Shown here: in pieces, positions 1-13,400 of the stretch
Layout of the letters: each line of letters opens with the position of its first letter
Position numbering within the stretch: position 1 is the first letter of the stretch
From: Macrostomum lignano
Lineage: Eukaryota
Reading direction: 5' to 3'
DNA: 64,000 nucleotides
Assembly (NCBI GenBank): GCA_002269645.1
Contig: NIVC01003067.1
Coordinates: forward strand, 1 to 64,000
Notes under the pieces: model-generated
Told to the model about the DNA's origin: nothing
Databases searched by the model: none
Seen by the model: the letters and a program-made list of their open reading frames with translations, nothing else
Position numbers and translations under genes: made by a program

Positions 1-349
1 GCATACCTACCTACCTACCCACATACAGACAACTCATTTTTAGTATATAGGATATATTGTAATACGTGCGATATTCAATTGCACTTTAAAATTCTTTGTA
101 ATAGGTCCTAATTTGAAACGAGCATAGAAAAAACGGTTAAACAGCGCACGTCAGGTACGTTCAGGTAGTCAATAAGACAGAACAAATGCGCAAACCAACT
201 TTTGGCCCGCATTGGAGGTATTTATATACGGAAATCCTATGTTTCTTAGCTCGTAATTAATCCTAACGGACATGACCTTTCCCGATGAAAACGGTACTCC
301 GGCCAAGAAGCGTCTCGGAGTCACTCGCGTCGCTCCAGTCGTCCAGGTA

Positions 350-661
350 ATAATAATAATAATTGATTACACCTGCCATAAATTGATTACACCTCCCCTT
401 CAGATGCGCAGCGATGAGGCAGATGTGCAACCGACTGGGGGGCTGGGTGTGTGTGTGTGAGGGGACTGGGGGGTCGACACACACACACCCTCTCAATTAC
501 CCCAGCCAATGCTGGCACCCATTTTACAGCTGGGTGAACTGAAGCAATGCAGAGTTAAGCGTCTTCTTGCTCAATCACACAAATTGTTTCGAGTCGGTCG
601 AGAATCGAACCCCGGACCTTCCAGTCATGAGTCCGACGCTCTAACCACTAGGCTAAAACCC
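350..661 (-). mobile_element. tRNA-derived CORE-type SINE
   Basis: Minus-strand head has A box TAGCCTAGTGG and B box GGTTCGATTCT (590-661). It is followed by TGTGTGATTGAGCAAG..CTTAACTC..CAGTTCACCCAGCTGTAAAATGGG, which resembles the MIR/CORE domain, and ends in a (TTA)n tail at ~350-363. TSD CCAGGTA at 343-349 and 662-668. Confidence 0.8.
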
Positions 662-1126
662 CCAGGTAGCACTGTGCAGGAAACACAGGTAAAATAGGAA
701 AGAAGTGACTCTAGACGACTCTAAAACGACAAGATGTCACGGTACAAGTCATCAAAGAGTCGCCAAAAAGTAAATTTTGAGTAACAATAAATTTGAGGAG
801 TTTTATTGTCTGCGACTCTGAAAAGACTCTGGGGCCGTAGAGCTAGTCGTAGCTGAGGCGTGCCAGAGTCGCTGCAAAATCACTGAGTTGCGTCTAAAGC
901 GCATCTGCGTCACTCTATGAAAGTAGAATTGCATCTCGCATTTACTACAACTCTATTTGGTCTACTTGAGTTAGTAGACAGTTAAACGCTAGCAGAACAA
1001 CTCTTAGACGACTTTTGCGACTTAACAGTCGCCTCTCCGTCGCATTGCAGTCGTTTGAGTCGTTAAAATTTACTTCTGCAGCCTTGATTTACAGCAGTAC
1101 TAAAATTCATAAATTGCCCCGGAGGC

Positions 1127-4100
1127 TCAGACATAGTCTCCTCCGCGAGTCCCGGCTATTACAGTCTGAATGCTAACCCCGGACGCGTCGCTATCCATTG
1201 TCATGTAGAGCCGGCCCTCCTCATTGTCGCTATTATTGCCATCTTCATCACTAGAATCCGCCGCATAATTGTTGTTGTCCTCTTCATCTTCAGCATCATC
1301 TACGGATAGTAAGCGAAGATTAACACCGGAGCGCAGCAGTCTGGGCGTCCGCTCGGCCGATTCTAAGTCGCTGCTCCGCACGCTAGCCGAATCGTCGCCT
1401 AAATCGTCGAGATTTCCGTCATCGTCCTCTTTAGTATCGACTCTGCAGGCAACAGCAACAGCGACAGGAGCCTCTGAGTCGGCTACAACGCAGTCGGTGA
1501 TGGTCTCGCACGATGACGATGTTGAATAATTGCCTACAGACGACCGGTTGTTAAGATCGCCCTAGCAACTGGCACAGACGGACCTGTTGAATTGGACATT
1601 GCAGCCGCAATGCACGCAAAATTAACTCGCGGCCTGGGCAAAATATCGTCGAACGGACGCCGGCGACCGGCTTCCTCATCCGGGAACAGGTAGTAGCAGT
1701 AGCCGAACAGGTCCGACAGGGGCCGGTTGGCGGGAGCGGGCGCCGCGCCGGAGCGCCGGTAGCCGCCGCCGGAGCTGCTTAACTCAGACAGAGATGAGGA
1801 AGCCACCGATGCTAAAGATAAGGATTCGGGCGTTGCTATGGGCGCCTGGCCGTTCGAATACGGCATACTGGACGCTGACGGTGGCAAGCCGAAATTTCGA
1901 AGCACGGAGGCTGGCACAGTGTGCGAATGCGGCATCATCGACAGCAGGGCGGAGGCCGAAGCTGCCGCCGGTTCGGCTGTCGAGCTGATGATCATTTTGT
2001 CACCTGCGGCGGCGCCGTTGGAATCGATCGGCGCACCCATAATCGACGAAGAAAGAAGGTCACTATCAATATCCGACTCTACCGACATTTGAGACGGCGA
2101 CGAAGCCAAATTGTTTTGCTGAACAATTGAATAACTTCTTTTGTCCTCTGTCTCGCTGCCGGCCCGCAGTCTGTCTGAATCCCTAGGCGTCGTTCGATCG
2201 AGGTCGCAGCAGCAGCGAAACTTTGCGCCGCTGGACGAAGTGTGCCTGGAGAGCCGCGCGGCGACGGCTGCAATCTGTCGTAGTCGGAGAGGACGGCGGC
2301 CAAGGCGAACTGGGCGTAGCCAAGCGAGTGATCGCGCAGCATAGACGGAGAGGCGAGTATCTGTAGAAATGGGTAAACGGCATGAGCAACTATAAGAGTC
2401 TCTTCAGGCTGAAAAGCCTCGTCACCTAATTAGTATTGAATAATTTTAACTTGCCTCGTCAAAATCGGTGCCGTCGGCTTTCAAAGCGTGAAACACCGGC
2501 TTGCCGTCGGTATTTCGAGCACGGACTACGTGCAGTACCCGGCCTGGCAACTGCAGAGCCGGATACGTCCTCGGCGACGCCGAGTCGGATGACGACATTG
2601 CGGCGTTGGTGTCGGCCAACTCGTCTCCAGGCGACGCATTCAGGGTATCCTCTGACTCTTGCAGTTGCTTGTGACGGCTATTGCAACAGCAGAGAGACAA
2701 ACGGCGGCTGGCTGAAATTTATAGGAGAAAACCGCCCACTTCACTCCCTGATGACTCGGACACACCCACCTCCCACCCTGGAGACTCGGACGCACCCACC
2801 TCACCCAACGACTCGGACACGCCCACCTCACTCCCTGATGACTCGGACACACCCACCTCCACCCTGGAGACTCGGACACGCCCACCTCACTCCCTGATGA
2901 CTCGGACACGCCCACCTCACTCCCTGATGACTCGGACACGCCCACCTCACTCCCTGATGACTCGGACACGCCCACCTCACTCCCTGATGACTCGGACACG
3001 CCCACCTCACTCCCTGATGACTCGGACACGCCCACCTCCTCCCTGATGACTCGGACACGCCCACCTCACTCCCTGATGACTCGGACACGCCCACCTCACT
3101 CCCTGATGACTCGGACACGCCCACCTCCCTCCCTGATGACTCGGACACGCCCACCTCACTCCCTGATGACTCGGACACGCCCACCTCACTCCCTGATGAC
3201 TCGGACACGCCCACCTCCCTCCCTGATGACTCGGACACGCCCACCTTCCTCCCTGATGACTCGGACACGCCCAACTCACTCCCTGATCAGTGAGATCCTT
3301 ACCAAGCCAATGTCCGCCAATGACGCTCCACCGGTGCGCTCGGCAGCCATTCAGAAGCCGCACCATTCTACGACGCAGCGTCGCAACCTGCGCCAAACCC
3401 AGTCGAGCGACGGCATCCCGTCCGATGACAACGGCGGTAGAGAACCGTCTGGCTAGCGTGGCCGCCTCCCGGCCGAGTAAACCACCGGGCGGCGCCAGAG
3501 CCGTTACGCGCGATCGGCTGGCCCAAGCCTCGCCGCGCGCCAGCGCCATCAAAGTGAGTATGACCGCGGCGCCGCCGCCAACGCCATGACCGGTGAGCAT
3601 CACTTCAACGAAGCTCGACTCAACGTTTACATCGCCGGCAGCAGCCGCCGCAGTCTCCAGTACGCGATGGCGCGCCAATTCGGCGCCTAGTTGAATAGCG
3701 GCGCCAATTGACCCCGCGTGGCCCAGCCACTCGGCGCCGCCATCAACGCCGGCCGGAAGCGGTATCGGCGCAACTCCGCTCTCCAGCTCGCTCATTGAAG
3801 GCATCCTCAGCGTACTACTAGCGCTAGTAGTAGTAGACGAAGCGACAGTAACGCTTGGCGCTACAACTACAAAAATATTCCGCGTGAAAGCGTCGTAGCC
3901 GGCAAAACAATTGCGGCTGGCGTAGGTTAACCGAAAGCGGGCGTCGCTAACGCCTTGTCGATTTAAACTGTGCCGAACTGCGCCGGTGACGCTACGGTTG
4001 CCATGACAACAACAGGCTTCGGCAACCAGTATTAGCTTGGCGCAGTACAAAGCCAATTCAATTTCGATTCTGTCGGTCGGATTGGCCAAGTTGAAGAATC

Positions 4101-7100
4101 GCGTGGCCGAGTAGATAGGCCGGCCGGACATGTAGTCCAGCACGCGCTTGGAGCCCTCCTAGGTTCGGACGGAGGATTAAAAGTACAAACAAATTACTCA
4201 TAATACCTGGCGACAAAGCAATACTAAATTTTTTAGAAAATCTTACTTAGACTTCATTTTCAAGCCTCTTATCCTTGGCGCAATAAAAGTTTGACGTCTG
4301 AGAGCAACTATGAAGGCTATATAAAAACCAAAACTTAGGCCCTACAAAAGCCACGACAAAGGCCCTATAAAAGCAACAGAAGGGTCCTAAAAGCTCACGC
4401 TAAGCTCCGATCGTTGCCGAAGGCGCTGTTGCCTTCGCAGCAGCACCAGGCCGGCGGCCAGGTCGGAGGCCACCAGATTCAGATCCGCGAACAGTGGCGT
4501 CAGTCGCAGCGCCGCGTCGGTCAGGCCGAACGGCAACGACGACGAAGTCGATCGTGAGGTAAACGGTGGGCAGCACAGCTGACGACGGCGTATGGACGTC
4601 GGCGGGGGCGGTGGAAGCGGTGGCAACTGGCCAGGCAGCTTCTTGTTGCTGTCGCAGCTGCCAAACATTGCAGGCGTGCGGACGGGCGGGGTGATTGTGA
4701 GAACACTGATGACATGGATTGTAGCAACCACTGTTCTATCTTGTTTCTGTCTGTCTGTCTGTCTGTCTGTTTGTATGTCAGCAGAAGACTTTCTAATCGC
4801 ACATTTCTCTCAACTCTGCATAGGAAATGACAATAGTTTCTTGAAATAGACTAACTTATCCCCGTCGGCGTCAATCAGGTTGTCATGGTAACAGCTGCGA
4901 CTATCGATGAGCTTCTTTCCGCGGCGGTCATGTTTTCGCGCGCCCAACCGACGCCAGCGGCAAGGGTCGCAGCCGAGCCGATGCAGCAGGCAGATCAGAG
5001 CGCCGGAAATCAGCAGAGCCACTGTCCAATCGATTGCAGATACGGCTGACAGGAGAAGAGAAAAAACAGCGGGCGGTTGATTCACTTACTTACAGTAGAA
5101 CCATACGCGTTTGAATGATAATTTGGAGGTCATATCAAATCTTGTCAAAGATATAATATTTCACGATTTTTTTCAATCTGAACCACCCCTCCTCTCATTC
5201 TCAATATTACCCTCTTCTCACTCTCAGTGTCTATCTCACCCTCTTCTCACTCTCAGTATCCATCTCACCTTCTTCTCACTCTCAATGTCTATCTTACTGT
5301 CTGCTCACTCTCAGTGTCTATCTCATCCTCTTATGAGTGTCAATCTCAGCCTCTTCTCACTCTCCATCTCACCCTCTTCTCCCTCTCGGTGTCTATCTCA
5401 CCCTCTTCTCACTCTCAGTATTCATCTCACCCTCTTCTCACTCTCAGTATTCATTTCACCCTCTTCTCACTCTCAGTGTCTATCTCACCTTCTTCTCTCT
5501 CGGTGTCTATCTCACCCTCTTCTCACTCTCAATGTCCATCTCACCCTCTTCTCACTCTCAGTGTCTCTCTCACCCTCTTCTCACTCTCAGTGTCTATCTC
5601 ACCCTCTTCTCACTCTCAGTGTCTATCTCACCCTCTTCTCACTCTCAGTGTCCATCTCACGCTCTTCTCACTCTCAGTGTCTATCTCACCCTCTTCTCAC
5701 TCTCAGTGTCTATCTCACCCTCTTCTCACTCTCAGTGTCTATCTCACCCTCTTCTCACTCTCAGTGTCCATCTCACCCTCTTCTCACTCTCAGTGTCTAT
5801 CTCACCCTCTTCTCCCTCTCAGTGTCTATCTCACCCTCTTCTCACTCTCAGTGTCTCTCTCATCCTCTTCTCACTCTCAGTGTCTCTCTCACCCTCTTCT
5901 CACTCTCAGTGTCCATCTCACCCTCTTCTCACTCTCAGTGTCTATCTCATCCTCTTCTCACTCTCAGTGTCTATCTCACCCTCTTCTCACTCTCAGTGTC
6001 TATCTCACCCTCTTCTCACTCTCAGTGTCTATCTCACCCTCTTCTCACTCTCAGTGTCTATCTCACCCTCTTCTCACTCTCAGTGTCTATCTCACCCTCT
6101 TCTCACTCTCAGTGTCTATCTCACCCTCTTCTCACTCTCAGTGTCTATCTCACCCTCTTCTCACTCTCAGTGTCTATCTCACCCTCTTCTCACTCTCAGT
6201 GTCTATCTCACCCTCTTCTCACTCTCAGTGTCTATCTCACCCTCTTCTCACTCTCAGTGTCTATCTCACCCTCTTCTCACTCTCAGTGTCTATCTCACCC
6301 TCTTCTCACTCTCAGTGTCCATCTCACCCTCTTCTCACTCTCAGTGTCTATCTCACCCTCTTCTCACTCTCAGTGTCTATCTCACCCTCTTCTCACTCTC
6401 AGTGTCTATCTCATCCTCTTCTCACTCTCAGTGTCCATCTCACCCTCTTCTCACTCTCAGTGTCTATCTCACCCTCTTCTCACTCTCAGTGTCTATCTCA
6501 CCCTCTTCTCACTCTCAGTGTCTATCTCACCCTCTTCTCACTCTCAGTGTCCATCTCACCCTCTTCTCACTCTCAGTGTCTATCTCACCCTCTTCTCACT
6601 CTCAGTGTCCATCTCACCCTCTTCTCACTCTCAGTGTCCATCTCACCCTCTTCTCACTCTCAGTGTCTATCTCACCCTCTTCTCACTCTCAGTGTCTATC
6701 TCACCCTCTTCTCACTCTCAGTGTCTATCTCACCCTCTTCTCACTCTCAGTGTCCATCTCACCCTCTTCTCACTCTCAGTGTCCATCTCACCCTCTTCTC
6801 ACTCTCAGTGTCTATCTCACCCTCTTCTCACTCTCAGTGTCTATCTCACCCTCTTCTTACTCTCAGTGTCTATCTCACCCTCTTCTCACTCTCAGTGTCC
6901 ATCTCACCCTCTTCTCACTCTCAGTGTCTATCTCACCCTCTTCTCACTCTCAGTGTCTATCTCACCCTCTTCTCACTCTCAGTGTCTATCTCACCCTCTT
7001 CTCACTCTCAGTGTCTCTCTCACCCTCTTCTCACTCTCAGTGTCTCTCTCACCCTCTTCTCATTCTCAGTGTCTCTCTCACCCTCTTCTCATTCTCAGTG

Positions 7101-10100
7101 TCTCTCTCACCCTCTTCTCACTCTCAGTGTCTATCTCACCCTCTTCTCACTCTCAGTGTCTCTCTCACCCTCTTCTCATTCTCAGTGTCTCTCTCACCCT
7201 CTTCTCATTCTCAGTGTCTCTCTCACCCTCTTCTCACTCTCAGTGTCTATCTCATCCTCTTCTCACTCTCAGTGTCTATCTCACCCTCTTCTCACTCTCA
7301 GTGTCTATCTCACCCTCTTCTCACTCTCAGTGTCTCTCTCACCCTCTTCTCACTCTCAGTGTCTATCTCACTCTCTTCTCACTCTCAGTGTCTATCTCAC
7401 CCTCTTCTCACTCTCAGTGTCTATCTCACCCTCTTCTCACTCTCAGTGTCCATCTCACCCTCTTCTCACTCTCAGTGTCTATCTCACCCTCTTCTCACTC
7501 TCAGTGTCCATCTCACCCTCTTCTCACTCTCAGTGTCCATCTCACCCTCTTCTCACTCTCAGTGTCTCTCTCACCCTCTTCTCACTCTCAGTGTCTATCT
7601 CACCCTCTTCTCACTCTCAGTGTCTATCTCACCCTCTTCTCACTCTCAGTGTCCATCTCACCCTCTTCTCACTCTCAGTGTCCATCTCACCCTCTTCTCA
7701 CTCTCAGTGTCTATCTCACCCTCTTCTCACTCTCAGTGTCCATCTCACCCTCTTCTCACTCTCAGTGTCCATCTCACCCTCTTCTCACTCTCAGTGTCTA
7801 TCTCACCCTCTTCTCACTCTCAGTGTCTATCTCACCCTCTTCTCACTCTCAGTGTCCATTCTATTCTCAACCTAACGCGCGAGTGTATATTGTCAATCTG
7901 CAGACACTAAGAGTCTCTAACAGTCTCCCCGTCAAAGCTACATGTAGCAAAGCCTCATCAGCCCAGCCGGCGCTTACCAGCCAATAGGCGCACAGACACT
8001 GATCGATCAGAACAGTCCTTTAGCTGGGAAATCTTCTCCGGCAAGTGTTGAAGCAGCGACCAAGGCAGCAGTAGCAGTGCAAGGACTGGCAGGCTGATCA
8101 GATGCCAGGCAATTTCCAATACTAGGAGAACTGCAATAAACAGCAGAGTCAAGTAGCCAGCATACACAAAATGCGCATAAATTAGATTATGGGGAATACT
8201 TCTGGGGAATACTTCTGGGCGGAATAGACAGCAAAACGGCTAGATAGATGAATAGATCCAGGCTAGAAATGCTCGAGGCCCAGCCAAGGAGAACCAAGGA
8301 AAATCTAGAAGAGCAACAACTCTTCCCCGACTCAAACATCCAATTTTCAGACAACTATAGGCTGACTGCAAGTTCTTGTGTGTGCAGCCTACAGTTGTCA
8401 AAAAACTGGGATGGCTATGGACGGGGGGAAGAGTTGCAACTCCAGGCTCTGGTTCTACATGGGATGCGGTATGCAAATCATTTCAAGCGCAACGCTGGCG
8501 GGCAAGAAGAGGGAATTGGGAGGGCAGCAGATGCACGCGAATCTATCTTCTATCTATAAGAGTACTAATTCGGATCAGCGGTGCTCAAACATAACTAGTG
8601 GAGGATGGCTGCTCACTTCCTAGACCAAATTGTGACACTCGACAGTCAGTCTGTGACTGATAAGCAACTTTCTGCTGTCCAATCTCTCTTATCTTCTCTC
8701 CCATCGTCTTACTTGCCTCCTCACCCTGTCTCCCCACTTTCTACTCTCTCAATACGCTATCTCTCAATACCCTCACTAGCTCACCCTATCCTCTACTCTC
8801 TCACCCTATCCTCTACTCTCTCACCCTAACCTCTCTACTCTCTCACCCTATCCTCTCTACTCTCTCACCCTATCCTCTACTCTCTCACCCTATCCTCTCT
8901 ACTCTCTCACCCTATCCTCTACTCTCTCACCCTATCCTCTACTCTCTCACCCTTTCCTCTACTCTCTCACCCTATCCTCTACTCTCTCACCCTATCCTCT
9001 CTACTCTCTCACCCTATCCTCTACTCTCTCACCCTATCCTCTCTACTCTCTCACCCTATCCTCTACTCTCTCACCCTATCCTCTCTACTCTCTCACCCTA
9101 TCCTCTACTCTCTCACCCTATCCTCTCTACTCTCTCACCCTATCCTCTACTCTCTCACCCTATCCTCTCTACTCTCTCACCCTATCCTCTACTCTCTCAC
9201 CCTATCCTCTCTACTCTCTCACCCTATCCTCTACTCTCTCACCCTAACCTCTCTACTCTCTCACCCTATCCTCTACTCTCTCACCCTATCCTCTCTACTC
9301 TCTCACCCTATCCTCTACTCTCTCACCCTATCCTCTCTACTCTCTCACCCTATCCTCTACTCTCTCACCCTATCCTCTCTACTCTCTCACCCTATCCTCT
9401 ACTCTCTCACCCTATCCTCTCTACTCTCTCACCCTATCCTCTACTCTCTCACCCTATCCTCTACTCTCTCACCCTATCCTCTCTACTCTCTCACCCTATC
9501 CTCTCTACTCTCTCACCCTATCCTCTACTCTCTCACCCTATCCTCTACTCTCCCACCCTATCCTCTCTACTCTCTCACCCTATCCTCTACTCTCTCACCC
9601 TATCCTCTAATTTCTTACCGTACCATCTCTGCTCTCTTTCTTCTACTCTTTTTTCTCTCTACCTCTACTCATTTATCTTTTCAACCCTCCCTTCTTCACA
9701 AAAAAATCTTTTTTAGTCCCGTCTTTCAACCTTCCACGTTCCTCAGCAACGATGTAACCTAAGCAAACGGTTTTTCAGGGCGGCTACCTTCGCCATTTCG
9801 CTTATTACTAGACGCGGGCAAAGCAGCTTTCCCAGGAGCTTTCTCTGACCGTGTCCTAAACTGTGCCAACCCAACCCCTTACACCCACAGCAGAGGCTGG
9901 CTGGCTGCTGGCTGACCCGCGGGATTTGAAAAAAGAAGCCACAAACAAGCAAATGAGGAAGAAACTGCAGAGGGGAACATTTGACTGGCTACACACTTTC
10001 CCTTTGCGATTCGCTTTTGTCCTCGGCTACATCCGCCGGCAAGTCCAACACTGGCCATGTCTACACCCCAGACTTCTGTGAAGACATTTGGGGATAGAGC

Positions 10101-10236
10101 GACAAAGGATTGAGCAACAGAGCAATCATACAGATGGTATGGCCAAAACGGATACTAAAAACTAAATGCAGACAGGCAGACAGGCAAACAGACAGACAGC
10201 AGACAGACAGACACTAAGACAGACAGACAGACAGAC

Positions 10237-10270
<34 letters not shown>

Positions 10271-10320
10271 CAGACAGACACTAAGACACAGACAGACAGA
10301 CAGCAGACAGACACTAAGAC

Positions 10321-10391
<71 letters not shown>

Positions 10392-10431
10392 TAGACAGAC
10401 AGACAGACAGACAGACAGCAGACAGACACTA

Positions 10432-10466
<35 letters not shown>

Positions 10467-13400
10467 AAGGCACTGTCTGTTTATCTCGGTGTCCATAGAC
10501 AGCCGCTAAGGGAGACACTAATACAGACACAAAGGCAGACGGGCATGAAAATAATGAACAGAATAATAAAGTAGTATAACTTCTATTAGCTAAGCGAGCT
10601 ACAGTAGATATATTCTGACCAGAATTTGCACACCAAAACCCAGTAGCATCAGGGCAGAGCTACACCAGCCAGTGCCGCAGTACACAGTGGACTAAAACAG
10701 AGCAAGTATAGACTAGTTTCCCTTATAAGTCTGGTGTTTTTCTCAGCCGCAGAGATGATTGAAAGGCGGATCTCGGGATGAAACTGGATAAATTTATTCG
10801 AAACTAAAAAGCCGCCCAAACCCCCTTTGGCTTGCGAGACTTCTTAGAATTTCAATCAGGACCGGTGAACGACTGGAAATGAAAAGTTCGGCTTGCGCTA
10901 GTCGTTATTTACACGTAGAAACGGAAGAACTCAATAAATACTGACTCGGGTAAAAAGTATAGTGTCAATTCTGCTGCTGTACTTGATTAACTTTGCAAAG
11001 TAGACGCGTAGACTAATTTATATATGTGGTATTATACATATATGGTAATCCTACACAGTACACAGTAATATACACATTACTATTAGAGGATGAAGAGGGC
11101 GTAGAGAAAGAGAGTGATACAACGGTATGAAGAGAGAGGGTGTGAAGAAAATAGGAAGAGAGGATGTGGAGGGTACAGGGAGTGTGTGAAGAGGGTAGAA
11201 AGAGAGTGTAGAGGTAGATAGGGTGTGAAGGGATAGGGGAAGAGGGTGTGAAGGGGGTATGGAAAGAGGGTGTGAAAGGGTAGGTAAAGAGGGTGTGAAG
11301 GGGTAGGGAGAGAGGGTGTGAAGGAGTAGACGGAGAGAGTTGAGAAAGGAGTAGAGAGAGGGTGTGAAGGGAGTGTGAATGGGTTAGGGAGGGTGCGAAG
11401 GGGTAGGGAGAGAGGGTGTGAAGGGTTAGGGAGAGAGGGTGTGAAGGGGTGGGGTAGGGAGGGAGGGTGTTAAGGGTAGGGAGGAAGGGTGTTAAGGGTA
11501 GGGAGGAAGGGTGTTAAGGGTAGGGAGGAAGGGTGTTAAGGGTAGGGAGGGAGGGTGTGAAGGGGTAGGGAGGAAGGGTGTTAAGGGGTAGGGAGGAAGG
11601 GTGTTAAGGGGTAGGGAGGAAGGGTGTTAAGGGGTACGGAGGAAGGGTGTGAAGGGGTAGGGAGGAAGGATGTGAAGGGGTAGGGAGGAAGGGTGTGAAG
11701 GGGTAGGGAGGAAGGGTGTTAAGGGGTAGGGAGGAAGGGTGTGAAAGGGTAGGGAGGAAGGGTGTGAAGGGGTAGGGAGGAAGGGTGTGAAGGGGTAGGG
11801 AGGAAGGGTGTGAAGGGGTAGGGAGGAAGGGTGTTAAGGGGTAGGGAGGAAGGGTGTTAAGGGGTAGGGAGGAAGGGTGTGAAGGGGTAGGGAGGAAGGG
11901 TGTGAAGGGGTAGGGAGGAAGGGTGTGAAGGGGTAGGGAGGAAGGGTTTGAAGGGGTAGGGAGGAAGGGTGTGAAGGGGTAGGGAGGAAGGGTGTGAAGG
12001 GGTAGGGAGGAAGGGTGTGAAGGGGTAGGGAGGAAGGGTGTGAAGGGGTAGGAAAAGAGGGTGTGAAGAGGTAGGGAAAGAGGGTGTGAAGCGGTAGGGA
12101 AAGAGGGTGTGAAGGGGTAGTCAGGGAGGGTGTGAAAGGGTAGGGAAAGAGAGTGTGAAGGGGTAGTCAGGGAGGGTGTGAAGGGGTAGGCAGGGAGGGT
12201 GTGAAGGGGTAGGAAAAGAGGGTGTGAATGGGATAGGAAAAGAGGGTGTGAATGGGATAGTGAGTGTGTGAAGGGTTAGGGTAGAGAGTAGTGCATTAAA
12301 TTAAATAGACTTTCCGCGTTAATTTTCTACATTATCGATTAGATTACTAGACTGTCTATACCCAGTATATGCACTTTCAAAAGTCCAGTTAAAAGACCAA
12401 CGAAGACTAGCCTCGCCCTATCTGATAATATTCGTAAGAGAGAAAAAGAATTAATTGGTCTGCAATGTGCCGAAGAATTCGTTTGGCGGCAACTCGCACG
12501 CACTCAGACTGCAACAATTAGTAGTATGGAAGACTATTATATAGCAGTATGACATTTGTACAAAGATGGACATGAAAAACCCTCTCTGATTAACAAATTG
12601 ACCTACTTAATGCTTTTGGCGGTTAGCAATTGTTTTTAAACTAGACAAAGACATGGCATGACTAAATTCATATAAAATTCAAGGAAAACAAGGAAAAATA
12701 TGGACAAAAATGATCGGCCAGAGCGATACAGAAAGCTGAAAGACAGATTAGAGAAAAAAATTAGTAAAATATATAAAAAGAGCTAGACGCTGGAAAAAGA
12801 GTGGGAGAGCAACAAGAGACATGGCTCGCAAGATACACACCAGGAGACAGAACGAGAGACACGGTGAGACACAAAAAGAGACACGCAGGAAATACAAGAG
12901 ACACACAGAAAAGACACAAGTAGACACACAGAAGACACAATAAGAAACACAAGAGACACAGAGGAGACACAAGAAGAGACACAAGAGACACAGAGGAGAC
13001 ACAAGAAGAGACACAAGAGACACAAGAAGAGACACAAGAGACACGCAGGAGACAGAAGAGACACACGGGAGACAGAAGACACATGGGAGACAGAAGAGAC
13101 ACACGGGAGACAGAAGATACATGGGAGACAGAAGAGACACACGGGAGACAGAAGACACATGGGAGACAGAAGAGACACACGGGAGACAGAAGACACATGG
13201 GAGACAGAAGAGACACACGGGAGACAGAAGAGACACACGGGAGACAGAAGACACATGGGAGACAGAAGAGACACACGGGAGACAGAAGAGACACACGGGA
13301 GACAGAAGACACATGGGAGACAGAAGAGACACACGGGAGACAGAAGAGACACACGGGAGACAGAAAAGACACACGGGAGACAGAAGACACATGGGAGACA

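Noticed and set aside
590-661. tRNA-Met(CAT) gene
   Set aside because: The anticodon and acceptor stems pair poorly, and it is the head of a TSD-flanked SINE.
5111-7987. 850-960 aa ORFs
   Set aside because: Open in all three frames because the 29-bp repeat has no stop codons; not genes.
9743-10080. Additional DAGL exon
   Set aside because: An acceptor-like site exists, but there is no recognisable homology and the phase is incompatible.
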